Shown one piece after another: positions 18,864-28,644 of a DNA stretch of 64,000 bases; the first letter of the stretch is position 1; each line of letters opens with the position of its first letter. The notes beneath the pieces are model-generated. The model was given only the letters and a program-made list of their open reading frames with translations, was not told the origin of the DNA and searched no databases. This stretch comes from Candidatus Uhrbacteria bacterium (lineage in GTDB: Bacteria > Patescibacteriota > Patescibacteriia > UBA9934). Both the position numbers and the translations under genes were made by a program. The stretch spans positions 4,051 to 68,050 of the forward strand of contig CALRAI010000001.1 of NCBI GenBank assembly GCA_943350635.1, written 5' to 3'.

Positions 18864-19953
18864 TTTCCGCTTCGGATTTCAACGCTACCGTATACGCAGT
18901 CCAGAATGCAGTCGTGCTGGAGCGCAAGCATATGAAGCAACGCTTCGAAAGATGCTCGCCGCTGGGGAGAGTATTGATGAAGGTCAGAAAAAGTTAGTGA
19001 AGTTTCAAGACTTTGCCGCCGATTGGTTCCGGGTGTATGTGATGAACAATAACAAGTTATCAGTACAGCTAACACAACGAGGCATACTCGATATCCATCT
19101 ACTCCCACACTTCGGTAAGTACGGACTCCCGGAGATCACATCACAGGTGGTTGAACGTTATAAGGCAAAGAAGACCAACGAAGGACTTGCGCCAAAGTCG
19201 ATTAACAATCAACTTGGAGTACTCCGACGATGCTTGCAGATTGCTATGGAATGGGGCTCGCTTGATAAGCTCCCTATGATCAAGATGCTCAAAACTCCAC
19301 CACCTGTCGTTATATTCCTCAACGAGGCTGAATGTAAGGCTCTCTTAGCGGATCATATGGAACCAATGGCGAATCTGATGATTCTGACTGCGTTGCGCAC
19401 TGGGATGCGTTTGGGTGAGCTGTGTGGCCTATCGTGGGAGGATATCGACTTCAAGAGCGGGATTCTTACCGTAAGGCATTCGTTCGTTCGGGGTGAAATG
19501 AACTCCCCCAAAAGTAATAAGATCCGACATATTCCGATAACAGCCGATTTAACCGAAGCTTTGAAGAAGAGCGCAAAACCCTGTGGCCTTGTCTTCCACA
19601 TCGATAAGAAGCCGATCACGGGCTATGCAGGCTCGGAAATACTCGGTCGTGCATGTATTCGTACGGGTATAAAACACATCGGTTGGCACAAACTCCGTCA
19701 TACCTTCGCTTCACAGCTTGTGGCGCGTGGAGCGAACCTGAGGGCTGTTCAAGAGCTCCTTGGGCACTCAACGATTCAAATGACGGAACGATACGTGCAT
19801 CTCGCTCCTTCGTCGCTCCGACAGGCGATGTCAGTATTGGAAGAAACACCAAAGGGAGAAAGTTTGGGCAACCCGTGGGCAACGGCACTTATTCAACAAG
19901 TACGTTATGAAGCGTTACCAAAGCTCAAAATGACCATGAATGTTGGGAAATAA
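18826..19953 (+). CDS. int: tyrosine-type site-specific integrase
   Basis: N-terminal SAM-like domain. Catalytic R…HKLRHTFAS…LGHSTIQMTERYVHL (R-H-R-Y). Adjacent to tRNA-Lys. Start taken at MSARKIRQSWW. Confidence 0.9.
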   Translation: MSARKIRQSWWVDFRFGFQRYRIRSPECSRAGAQAYEATLRKMLAAGESIDEGQKKLVKFQDFAADWFRVYVMNNNKLSVQLTQRGILDIHLLPHFGKYGLPEITSQVVERYKAKKTNEGLAPKSINNQLGVLRRCLQIAMEWGSLDKLPMIKMLKTPPPVVIFLNEAECKALLADHMEPMANLMILTALRTGMRLGELCGLSWEDIDFKSGILTVRHSFVRGEMNSPKSNKIRHIPITADLTEALKKSAKPCGLVFHIDKKPITGYAGSEILGRACIRTGIKHIGWHKLRHTFASQLVARGANLRAVQELLGHSTIQMTERYVHLAPSSLRQAMSVLEETPKGESLGNPWATALIQQVRYEALPKLKMTMNVGK

Positions 19954-19986
19954 AAAGATTCCGATGCCATTAACATCAGAATCTTT

Positions 19987-20061
19987 TGGTGCGCCGAGCG
20001 GGGATCGAACCCGCGACCACGAGCTTAAAAGGCTCTTGCTCTACCACTGAGCTACCAGCGC
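19987..20061 (-). tRNA. tRNA-Lys (anticodon TTT)
   Basis: Folded by hand as a cloverleaf: acceptor GCGCTGG/TCGGCGC, anticodon loop CTTTTAA, T-arm GGTTCGATCC, encoded CCA. Confidence 0.85.
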
Positions 20062-20085
20062 ATGGGAGAGCTTCCTCGTTTTGTC

Positions 20086-20197
20086 TATTTTCGGCTTGCC
20101 ACGTCGTTCGCGAACGACGTGGCTTGCTGCGTCGCACATTCGTTCAACGTACTAAGAAGTACGTCTCACGAATTGTGCTCCTGGCGCACCGAAACTA
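20086..20197 (-). promoter_or_regulatory. conserved upstream element (copy upstream of tRNA-Lys) with an extra 24-bp perfect palindrome
   Basis: Same GTTTCGGTGCGC…GAGACGTAC-N6-GTACGTTGA…GCAAGCCGAAAAT as the ybaB and HU copies. CCACGTCGTTCGCGAACGACGTGG is inserted at 20098-20121. Confidence 0.45.
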
Positions 20198-20278
20198 GCC
20201 TAAAACGCGAAAGCTCTCATATAAATCTCGAACAAATAACGTGCGCAGGATATCAGATTCGGGGGAATCTGTGAAGGT

Positions 20279-22900
20279 TTGATGGGGTATACTTCTGGAA
20301 TGTCTCCTCTTTTGCCGTTTCACGCTATTGAAAAGCAGGACGCGCTTTTGTCGTTGAAGTCCTCGACGCATGGTCTTACGAGTGGTGAAGCTCGGAAGCG
20401 ACTTACTAGCGCTGACGTTTGGCGTGTGGTTCCACCAAAACCGCAGAGTGTGTTGCGATTGCTATGGAAACAGTGTGAGAGCCCGTTCACGGTGATTTTG
20501 TGTTTTGCTATTGGGGTTTCGTGGTTTACAGGGGAATTGTTGGATGCTGCCATTACAACTGTGATTGTTGTTGCGGATATTGCATTGGGATTCTTTCAGG
20601 AGTTTCACGCAGACCGCGAATTCTTTGCCTTGCAGAATTATCTTCCAAAAAAGGTAACCGTTCGGCGGGACGATACGTCAATAACGATTCCCGTTGATGA
20701 AGTTGTTCCTGGCGACATTGCAATATTTCGTGCAGGGCAAAATATTGTGTGCGATGGGCGCATTTTGGAATCTACCAATTGTTTTGTGAGCGAAGCGGCA
20801 TTATCGGGAGAATCGGTTCCGGTGGAAAAAACTACGGAGATATGCATAGCCACTATTGGTATTTTTGGAAGAACAAATATGGTGTATGCCGGGACGGCTA
20901 TACTTTCCGGGCAGGTAACGGTGCTGGTTACTGCGCTTGGCTTGCAAACAGAATTTGGAAAGATTGGAACGCTCACCACGAGCGTGGTGGATCAGCAAAC
21001 CCCACTTGAGGGAGAGATGAATCGGGTTTCACGTTTTCTTACGTATGTGATCTTAGTTCTTGCGACAGTGGTGTTTATTGCTGCGCTTTTGCGTGGAGAT
21101 TCGATTATTCTTGCGTGTTCTCTGGCTGCGGCGCTTGCGATTGCCGCAATTCCGGAAGGCTTGCCGATGACGTTAACCGTATTGCTTTCTACGGCGATGA
21201 GGAGAATGTTTAAGCGTGGCGTGCTGGTTCGTCATTTGAATGCCACAGAAACGCTTGGCTGTGTGAATGTGCTTTGCGTAGACAAGACGGGAACCATGAC
21301 CACGGGGGTGATGTCTGTGGTGGAAGTCCGAGCTCCGCTAGTGGTGGTTTCCGACGAAGAGCTTCTGCAACATGAGCTTTTTAGAGCGTTGGGGTGTTTT
21401 GCAAGCGTCCATGCCCAAACGGGAGAAGCTGCCTTTGCTGGTGCCGCAACGGCTGATGCGGTAATGCAATATGTTCGTGGAATCGAGCACAAGCATTCAT
21501 TGAAAAACTCATCCTTAGAAAAACAAAAGGGTGATGTTGTCTCTACAATTCCATTCGATCCGACGTATCGGCTGAGTGCGTGTCTGCCTTCTGGAGCAGA
21601 TCGAACAGTGTACGTGATGGGTGCCCCGAACGTGTTACTTGAACGCTGTGCTACGAGCGAAGAAGAACGTGTGTCGATTGCGAATGCCATCGATGAGATG
21701 GCGGCTCGTGGATTGCGAGTGGTGATGATTTCTGCAATGGCTCTTGGCGTTCGTCCACTTTCCGTCGATGCAATTGTGGACGGTAGAGTTCTTGGATTGC
21801 TGGGGATCGAGGATCCGCTTCGTGAAAGCGTTCCTGGTGCAATTCTTCATGCAAGCAAGGCGGGGATTCGTACAATTATGATGACGGGAGACCATCCAGA
21901 AACCGCGCGGCACATTGCCGCGGAAGCATTTGGTTCAACGGCGATATCCGTGATGCTCGGCGCAGATTTCGCGGAACAATCAGCAACGGACCGTCTTCGA
22001 TCGGTAATGTCGGTGAACGTGTTTGCTCGCATGCTTCCAGAACACAAGCTCTTGGTGGTGGCCGCGCTTCATGCAAATAATCTCCGTGTTGCTATGACGG
22101 GCGACGGTGTAAACGACGCTCCGGCATTAAAGGCGGCCGACGTGGGAATTGCCGTTGGTCATGCGACGGAAGTCGCAAAGGAGTCGTCGGACATCGTGCT
22201 CCTTGATGGAGATTTCGGAAGTATTACGGCTGCAATTGCAGAGGGGCGAACCGTGTTTACGAATGCACGAAATGTAACAATCTTTTTGCTAGCGCTTGGT
22301 TTGGGTGAGACGATGGGCGTTCTTGGTGCGTTCTTGTTTCATTTGCCACCGTTCCTGTCTCCACTTCTTATTTTGTGGTTGAATGTGATTACTGACGGAA
22401 TCCCAGGGTTATTCTTTGCCTTTGAGGGAGCAGACAAAGATGCGATGACCGAGGCGCCACGTTCGCAGCATGACGGCTTGGTTTCTCGTGAGGTGCGTAC
22501 GTTCCTTGTTCTGTCTACTTCAATTCTCGCCTTGGTTCTCTGTGGAATGTTGTATATGTATCAGCAACTTGGCGAAGACTCGTCAACGATTCTTACAACG
22601 GGGTATCTTTTTATTGGCTTGCTTGGTGTGCTATTTCTCTTTGTTACCCGATCGCTTCGAGCATCGTTCTTTACGAATATGTTCTCAAAAACCCCACTGT
22701 GGCTTGGAGTTGTTCTCGGGTTTGTCTTCTTGTCGATTCCGCTCTTTGTTCCAATATTCCGATCGTTCTTCGGCCTCGTGCCGTTGTCATTATCGATCGT
22801 AAGAGTTGTGGTAATCGCGATCTGTTGCGTGCTTATTCCCCTTGATTTCGCAAAACGAAAACTGGTTCATCGTACGCCGGTCGTTGATTTGATATCATAG
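20279..22900 (+). CDS. P-type cation-transporting ATPase (type II, Ca2+/Mg2+-like)
   Basis: DKTGTMT phosphorylation site, TGDHPETA, TGDGVNDAPALKAADVGIA hinge, and about 10 TM helices. Confidence 0.9.
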   Translation: MMGYTSGMSPLLPFHAIEKQDALLSLKSSTHGLTSGEARKRLTSADVWRVVPPKPQSVLRLLWKQCESPFTVILCFAIGVSWFTGELLDAAITTVIVVADIALGFFQEFHADREFFALQNYLPKKVTVRRDDTSITIPVDEVVPGDIAIFRAGQNIVCDGRILESTNCFVSEAALSGESVPVEKTTEICIATIGIFGRTNMVYAGTAILSGQVTVLVTALGLQTEFGKIGTLTTSVVDQQTPLEGEMNRVSRFLTYVILVLATVVFIAALLRGDSIILACSLAAALAIAAIPEGLPMTLTVLLSTAMRRMFKRGVLVRHLNATETLGCVNVLCVDKTGTMTTGVMSVVEVRAPLVVVSDEELLQHELFRALGCFASVHAQTGEAAFAGAATADAVMQYVRGIEHKHSLKNSSLEKQKGDVVSTIPFDPTYRLSACLPSGADRTVYVMGAPNVLLERCATSEEERVSIANAIDEMAARGLRVVMISAMALGVRPLSVDAIVDGRVLGLLGIEDPLRESVPGAILHASKAGIRTIMMTGDHPETARHIAAEAFGSTAISVMLGADFAEQSATDRLRSVMSVNVFARMLPEHKLLVVAALHANNLRVAMTGDGVNDAPALKAADVGIAVGHATEVAKESSDIVLLDGDFGSITAAIAEGRTVFTNARNVTIFLLALGLGETMGVLGAFLFHLPPFLSPLLILWLNVITDGIPGLFFAFEGADKDAMTEAPRSQHDGLVSREVRTFLVLSTSILALVLCGMLYMYQQLGEDSSTILTTGYLFIGLLGVLFLFVTRSLRASFFTNMFSKTPLWLGVVLGFVFLSIPLFVPIFRSFFGLVPLSLSIVRVVVIAICCVLIPLDFAKRKLVHRTPVVDLIS

Positions 22901-22906
22901 CCCTAT

Positions 22907-24367
22907 ATGGATTTATCAAGCATCCACAATTTTCAAGACGCCGTGGTAACCGTGATGGGATTAGGGCGCTACAAACGGGGGAGCGGCATGGGCGCAACCA
23001 AATGGTTGGTGCGACATGGAGCGCAGACGGTGATTACGGATTTGAAGAATGCGGAAGAACTGCATGAATCCGTCACGATGATTATGGATTGGTATCGACG
23101 ATACCGGGAACTGTACCCAGATCGTACGCTGTATCAGCCAGTATTTGTGCTGGGGGAGCATCGAAAAGATGATTTTATTGGTGTGGAATGTGTGGTGCAG
23201 AATCCTGGCGTGCCGAGTGAATCGGAATACATCGTGGCCGCCAAGGAACAACACGTGCCAATTGAATCCGACGTTAGCCTCTTCTTCCGCTTTTATCAGC
23301 ATCCCATTATTGCGGTGACGGGAACAAAGGGAAAAACCACATCAACGTTATTGCTTGGGGAAATGCTCAAGCGCAAGGACGAGAAAGCGGTAACAGCGGG
23401 AAATATTAAAGTGTCGCCACTCGAACATCTTGATGAGCTCATCGAAGAACCGAATGCAATCCCGGTGGTGCTCGAGCTTTCGTCGTGGATGTTAGAATCG
23501 TTGCCGCAAGCATTTACCGATCTGAAGCGCGGACCAGCGATCGCTATTTTGACGAATGTGTACCCGGATCACCTCGATCGATACCCATCCTTCGAAGCGT
23601 ACACGGCAAGCAAGCGCATTATCTTTGAACATCAATCACCGGATCAATTCACGCTGCTGAATGCAGATCATGATTTGGTGCGCTCGATGGAACCGTTGGT
23701 GAAAGGAAAGCTCTTCTGGTTCTCCAAAACGCCTCGCACAGAAAACGGATGTTATTACAAAGACGGCAACGTGGTGTTCCGTCGCGACGGTGTGGAAACG
23801 GTTATTCTTCCAGTTGCCGACGTTGCGCTGAAAGGCGATCACAACATCGAAAATATTTTGTCGGCTGCGTGTGGCGCAATGTTGGCAGATGTTGTGGTGG
23901 GGGACATTGCCGATGTGCTTCGGCATTTTGAGGGAGTAACGGACAGGCAAGAGATGGTACGCGAAGTAGATGAAATTACGTACATCAACGATACTGCCGC
24001 TACTGGGCCGGATGCCGTTACTGCCGCGCTCAAGCGATTTAATACGGAGGGAAAGAAGGAAATTGTGCTGCTCGCCGGTGGTGTGAATAAAAAGCTTGCA
24101 TACACAGCATTGGGGGAGGACATTGTAACGGCGTGTAAGGCGGTGTTCTTGTTCCCGGGGGACGCATCGGATTTGCTGGCAACGGCAATCCACGATCGTG
24201 TGCCAGTAACACGGGTGCAGAGCATGAAAGAAGCGGTACAGGGTGCTCGTGCAGTCGCGGTTCGCGGGGATACGGTATTGCTTTCTCCTGGCGCGGCAAG
24301 TTTCAACCTCTTCCGCAACGAATTTGAACGCGGGGAACAGTTTCGTGAGGAAGTGAGAAATTTGTAA
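22907..24367 (+). CDS. murD: UDP-N-acetylmuramoylalanine--D-glutamate ligase
   Basis: N-terminal Rossmann motif (VTVMGLGRYKRGSG), P-loop VTGTKGKTTST, GDHNIEN, and a Mur ligase C-domain. Confidence 0.8.
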   Translation: MDLSSIHNFQDAVVTVMGLGRYKRGSGMGATKWLVRHGAQTVITDLKNAEELHESVTMIMDWYRRYRELYPDRTLYQPVFVLGEHRKDDFIGVECVVQNPGVPSESEYIVAAKEQHVPIESDVSLFFRFYQHPIIAVTGTKGKTTSTLLLGEMLKRKDEKAVTAGNIKVSPLEHLDELIEEPNAIPVVLELSSWMLESLPQAFTDLKRGPAIAILTNVYPDHLDRYPSFEAYTASKRIIFEHQSPDQFTLLNADHDLVRSMEPLVKGKLFWFSKTPRTENGCYYKDGNVVFRRDGVETVILPVADVALKGDHNIENILSAACGAMLADVVVGDIADVLRHFEGVTDRQEMVREVDEITYINDTAATGPDAVTAALKRFNTEGKKEIVLLAGGVNKKLAYTALGEDIVTACKAVFLFPGDASDLLATAIHDRVPVTRVQSMKEAVQGARAVAVRGDTVLLSPGAASFNLFRNEFERGEQFREEVRNL

Positions 24368-24373
24368 TCGCCC

Positions 24374-25702
24374 ATGTCCTTCCTCTCCTCCATAAAATCT
24401 TTGGTGCCATCGTCCGTAATCACGAAGTATCATCACGTGCTTGCTTCAGTTGCAGAAATTGCCTACAGCCATCCGTCGAACGCAATGATCGTGATTGGTA
24501 TTACGGGAACCAATGGCAAGTCGTCGACGGTAAATTTTTTTGCGCAAATACTTACGAACCTTGGGTACGTTGTGGGATACACCTCAACAGCCGGGTTCAA
24601 TATTGCCGGCAAAGAAGTAGTGAACGCCATGAAGATGACGATGCCAGGGCGATTCACATTACAGCGCTTGTTGCGGAGCATGGTGAACGCCGGATGCACG
24701 GTGGCGATTGTGGAAACGTCGTCCCAGGGCCTTATTCAACACCGGCATGTTGGGGTGAATTACGACGCTGCGCTGTTCACGAATCTCACGCCGGAACATA
24801 TCGAAGCACACGGCGGATTTGAAAATTACAAACGTGCGAAGGGAATACTGTTCAAACATTTGACTGCGCGACAAAAGAAAACGATCGACGGGAAGAGGAT
24901 TCCCAAAGTAAATGTGGTGAATTCCGACGACGAACACAGTATGTACTACGGCGCATTCTCGGCAGATCGTCATGTGCGATTTGGTTTTTCTGGAGTCCCA
25001 TCGCCGGATCAGTTGGTTGCATACGTTGAGCGCGCCGATCGTGAAAAAGGCGTAACGCTTTCCGTGAACGGTACAGAAACGTCGTTACAACTTTCAGCAG
25101 ACTTTGAACACAAGAACGTGCTTGCTGCGATTGCTGGCGCGGTGGCAATTGGTATTCCGCTACATGATGTCATGAAGGCGGCATCCACGTTGCATTCGGT
25201 TGCTGGGAGATTCGAGCGTATCGACTGCGGGCAACCATTCACCGTTATTGTCGACTATGCGTATGAACCGTTTGCGCTGCTTGCGCTGTATCGATCGCTT
25301 CCGTCTGCTACGTCCGGTCGCATCATCGGTGTTCATGGATCAGCGGGTGGTGGTCGCGACGTTGCACGGCGCACGGAAATTGGGCGCGTCGCCGCAGAAC
25401 ATGAGGATATTGTTATCGTGACGAATGAGGATCCGTACGAGGAAGATCCGCGAAGCATTATTGATGCAGTAGCCGATGGTGCACGACGCGCAGGAAAAAT
25501 TGATGACGATACGTTGATTATTCGGGACGACCGACGAGAAGCAATTCAGTACGCTATGCACATTGCTCGAGCCGACGACGTTGTATTGATCACTGGAAAA
25601 GGATCGGAGCCGGTGATGGCTGTGGCGGGTGGAAAAATTCCGTGGGACGATCGTGAGGAAGCTCGTGAGGCACTAGCAAAACTTGGGTACACGAACCTAT
25701 GA
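24374..25702 (+). CDS. Mur ligase family protein lacking the N-terminal UDP-binding domain
   Basis: P-loop IGITGTNGKSST sits at residue ~44. Central TNLTPEHIEAHG motif and C-terminal KGSE motif are present. Specific substrate not assignable. Confidence 0.7.
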   Translation: MSFLSSIKSLVPSSVITKYHHVLASVAEIAYSHPSNAMIVIGITGTNGKSSTVNFFAQILTNLGYVVGYTSTAGFNIAGKEVVNAMKMTMPGRFTLQRLLRSMVNAGCTVAIVETSSQGLIQHRHVGVNYDAALFTNLTPEHIEAHGGFENYKRAKGILFKHLTARQKKTIDGKRIPKVNVVNSDDEHSMYYGAFSADRHVRFGFSGVPSPDQLVAYVERADREKGVTLSVNGTETSLQLSADFEHKNVLAAIAGAVAIGIPLHDVMKAASTLHSVAGRFERIDCGQPFTVIVDYAYEPFALLALYRSLPSATSGRIIGVHGSAGGGRDVARRTEIGRVAAEHEDIVIVTNEDPYEEDPRSIIDAVADGARRAGKIDDDTLIIRDDRREAIQYAMHIARADDVVLITGKGSEPVMAVAGGKIPWDDREEAREALAKLGYTNL

Positions 25703-26175
25703 CGCGAAAGTTTTTTACGCTCGAGCCCGAGGAGGAGTTTCTTGGTGTGTTGCGCCCAAGCTTGTGGACGTTGCTTCCACGGATTTTTGCCGCGTTGGTA
25801 TTGGTAGCGTTTCCGTTTGCCTTCTGGTCATCGTTGTTAAGCGCGGGACTGATATTTGGGGGATGTATCGCTGCAGCGTCGTTGTTCATTGGCATGCGGA
25901 GTCTTCGCGATACACGGCGATCGTATTTAGAAAATGGTGTGTACATTACGTCTCGTCGCGCCATCGATGTATTTGCGGGCCGCAGTGCATTTCGGGTAAC
26001 AGAAATACTGTGGAGCGACGTTGATCATATTCGTGTAGCACGAAAAGGGATTTCGTCCATGATCGGCTATGGCCATGTGCATATTCGTGGCACAAACGAC
26101 GATGGGTTTTCTTTAGTGGCAGGCCCCTTGTGGAAACCTGATCTCGTCGTTACAGCCTTGCCTAGAGTACAATAG
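25699..26175 (+). CDS. hypothetical membrane protein (bacterial PH-like)
   Basis: Two TM helices followed by a small soluble domain. Overlaps the upstream stop codon. Confidence 0.4.
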   Translation: MTRKFFTLEPEEEFLGVLRPSLWTLLPRIFAALVLVAFPFAFWSSLLSAGLIFGGCIAAASLFIGMRSLRDTRRSYLENGVYITSRRAIDVFAGRSAFRVTEILWSDVDHIRVARKGISSMIGYGHVHIRGTNDDGFSLVAGPLWKPDLVVTALPRVQ

Positions 26176-26183
26176 CTGCATCT

Positions 26184-26591
26184 ATGGTGAATGATCGTCC
26201 AAAACGTCGTCACTCAAAGCTTCGTATTGCTGCCGTGATTCACATCGTGCTTTTTTTGCTGATCGGTTTTGGTTTTGGGGAAGAGTATTTGCGGAACAAG
26301 GATATTGAGGATCAAATCGCTCGCATGCAGGCAGAAAACGCAGAGCTTGATGCGGATCGTCTTTCGTCGCTTAAGCTGATCGATACGCTTTCAAGCTCGT
26401 ATTACGTGGAAAGCGAAGCACGACAAAGCGGCATGGGAAAGCCTGGTGAACAGCTGATTATTGTGCAGGAGGGTGTGTTGAATGGATCAACAACAACGAC
26501 GACATCCACGCACAGCGATGTTCCAAATCCATTACGATGGTATCAATACTTTTTTGATCATGATGCGTTTGCTGAGCTTACGAACGTATGA
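26184..26591 (+). CDS. FtsB/DivIC-like septum formation protein
   Basis: Single N-terminal TM followed by a coiled coil (DIEDQIARMQAENAELDADRLS). Sits in a cell-division/cell-wall gene context. Confidence 0.45.
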   Translation: MVNDRPKRRHSKLRIAAVIHIVLFLLIGFGFGEEYLRNKDIEDQIARMQAENAELDADRLSSLKLIDTLSSSYYVESEARQSGMGKPGEQLIIVQEGVLNGSTTTTTSTHSDVPNPLRWYQYFFDHDAFAELTNV

Positions 26592-27481
26592 CCGTGGTGT
26601 GGCACCACGAACACCACGTGCATGAACGACGAGTCGCCCCACACCGCTCGCGAATGCTGTGGTGGATAGCTCTTTCGATATTGGTGTTGTGTGGAATTGG
26701 TGGAGGCAGTTGGTTTTTGTGGAAGGGTTGGCGGTGCGGAACATTACCGGTAATTGTTGAGCGCATGACATACGTGCCTATTGGGTACGAGGATGGCCAT
26801 GCGTTGTGGTTTCCGTCAATCGCGCGATTAGCACATGGCATTGCTGCGGCAGATGGACGCACCATGTTAACGGAGGCCGACTACGCACAGGCAATCGACG
26901 CGACCGTTCGGAGAAATGCATTGGAGGACATTGCGCGTGAAGAACATATTGTAGTATCCGACGCGGATGTGCGGGCAGCGGTGGAATGGTCCGACGACAT
27001 TCGCGCATTCATAACCATGGCCGGATGGAACGACAGCGAATATCTTGCGTACGTTGAACGATCGTTTGTGGTGTCGACTCGGGTAAATGCCGCAGTACTT
27101 GATGATGAGCAATACCAAGAAAAGTCTCACGAACGCATGGCGAATATTCAATCAAAGCTTGCCTTGGGCATTGCGTTTGCGGACGTCGCGCAAGAATATT
27201 CGGAGGATCCTGCCACAGCGCAGTCCAGGGGAAGTTTTGGCTACGTGCTGCCAAGGGATGTGGATCCGGCATTTGCGTCAGTATTTCTTTTGCCATCACA
27301 AACAGCTTCAGAGGTGATTACTACGGCAGATGCATACTGGATTCTTCGCACAGAGGACTCGGTAGTAGATGAAAGTGGCACGCGAGTGCTGCTCCGTGGA
27401 ATTGCGATCAAGAAACAATCACTCGCCGAAGTGCTCGACGCCAAAGCCTCGGCAATTGTGCCAAGGTTGTGGGTGAGATAA
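26588..27481 (+). CDS. parvulin-type peptidyl-prolyl cis-trans isomerase (SurA/PrsA-like)
   Basis: N-terminal TM, chaperone-like region and a PpiC rotamase domain (IAFADVAQEYSEDPATAQSRGSFGYV). Confidence 0.65.
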   Translation: MTVVWHHEHHVHERRVAPHRSRMLWWIALSILVLCGIGGGSWFLWKGWRCGTLPVIVERMTYVPIGYEDGHALWFPSIARLAHGIAAADGRTMLTEADYAQAIDATVRRNALEDIAREEHIVVSDADVRAAVEWSDDIRAFITMAGWNDSEYLAYVERSFVVSTRVNAAVLDDEQYQEKSHERMANIQSKLALGIAFADVAQEYSEDPATAQSRGSFGYVLPRDVDPAFASVFLLPSQTASEVITTADAYWILRTEDSVVDESGTRVLLRGIAIKKQSLAEVLDAKASAIVPRLWVR

Positions 27482-27512
27482 CAAAAAGTCCCCGAGAGAA
27501 TCGAGGACGTTT

Positions 27513-27588
27513 TGGAGCCATTTCCGGGAATCGAACCCGGGACCTCTGCTTTACGAAAGCATTGCTCTACCAGCTGAGCTAAAATGGC
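27513..27588 (-). tRNA. tRNA-Thr (anticodon CGT)
   Basis: Hand-folded: acceptor GCCATTT/AAATGGC, anticodon loop TTCGTAA, T-loop GGTTCGATTCC, CCA encoded. Confidence 0.8.
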
Positions 27589-27604
27589 GAAAATGGATGT
27601 TTCA

Positions 27605-27681
27605 TGGAGCAGGAAACGGGGATCGAACCCGCGACCTTCTGCTTGGGAAGCAGACGTTCTACCACTGAACTACTCCTGCCC
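27605..27681 (-). tRNA. tRNA-Gly (anticodon CCC)
   Basis: Hand-folded: acceptor GGGCAGG/CCTGCTC, anticodon stem TCTGC/GCAGA with loop TTCCCAA, T-loop GGTTCGATCC, CCA encoded. Confidence 0.8.
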
Positions 27682-27764
27682 AGTGGGCGAATGTATACCA
27701 TTCTTGAGGGAACTCGTCTAGATTCTTTTGTGAATGCTTTGAGTGTGAGATTATAGAGATAACT

Positions 27765-28616
27765 ATGAAAAAATCCTTTCGCTCACGCTTCTCAAGCCGA
27801 TACGTCGCGCTGCTTATTCCTTGCCTACTTATTGCGGTAGCCGTGACGTGGCGAGTGTATACATCGGAGGCGAACGTTACGGGACAAGTGGTGCTTTCAA
27901 GCGCCGCGCAACGTCATGTGGAGAACGTACAATGTACTGGAGCCTGCGAGAATATATTGCTGGTGAGCAACCAAGAACCAGGAGTTCGCTATTACGCGGG
28001 TGGCGATTGTCCCACATGTATCGAGGCGAATATTTGGGCAGGGCAAACGCGTGAAGGGGAAATCACCATCAACGGCTACGCGTTCTATGACGGCGTACAA
28101 GTAAACCTTGCACCACAAATTTTTGACGCAGAAGTGCTCGATGGACGACCTCTTGGGTGGGTGTTGCCATTATACCCACCAGGAACAGTATTTCCGTCGG
28201 ACGGACCGGATCCATTTATGGACCCATCATTTACTATTCGCCTGAAGGACACAGGTGATGAAAACGTGATCGACACGTTTGAATTTATTCCAACACCAGA
28301 ATCGTCGGCGGAGAATATTACCATCGTAACAGACCACGCTTCTGGGCGCGTTACAGCATTTGATACGTGCACGCAAACGAATAAGGATACGGATATTTAC
28401 GCGCTGTACCAGGCGCCAAACCTGCATGGTCCGCAAAATTCCGATTCGTACGCTGTGAACATTGAACATCGGGAATCGTTAGCTACCGGAACAATTACCG
28501 GAGGAACAAGCGTATTTCAAAAAGAATTTATCTTTGAAGAGCTTAGCGAACAAAAGCTTCATGTTACTGCAACCATCGGCGACGCAACGTTTACGTTCGA
28601 TCTTGTAAAGGATTAG
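27765..28616 (+). CDS. secreted hypothetical protein
   Basis: Signal peptide (MKKSFRSRFSSRYVALLIPCLLIAVAV). No known domain recognised. Confidence 0.5.
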   Translation: MKKSFRSRFSSRYVALLIPCLLIAVAVTWRVYTSEANVTGQVVLSSAAQRHVENVQCTGACENILLVSNQEPGVRYYAGGDCPTCIEANIWAGQTREGEITINGYAFYDGVQVNLAPQIFDAEVLDGRPLGWVLPLYPPGTVFPSDGPDPFMDPSFTIRLKDTGDENVIDTFEFIPTPESSAENITIVTDHASGRVTAFDTCTQTNKDTDIYALYQAPNLHGPQNSDSYAVNIEHRESLATGTITGGTSVFQKEFIFEELSEQKLHVTATIGDATFTFDLVKD

Positions 28617-28644
28617 TACTCCGCTCCACTCCTCAACGGGTCCT

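Larger units (their letters stand above)
9013..20013. mobile_element. integrative element (genomic island/prophage-like) inserted in tRNA-Lys
   Basis: 30-bp direct repeats at both ends. Tyrosine integrase plus excisionase next to the intact tRNA. AT-rich (about 40% GC) versus a backbone near 50%. Cargo is all hypothetical. Confidence 0.7.

Noticed and set aside
20062-20274. 70-aa plus-strand ORFs between tRNA-Lys and the ATPase gene.
   Set aside because: They overlap the conserved promoter-like element and its palindrome, with no coding features.
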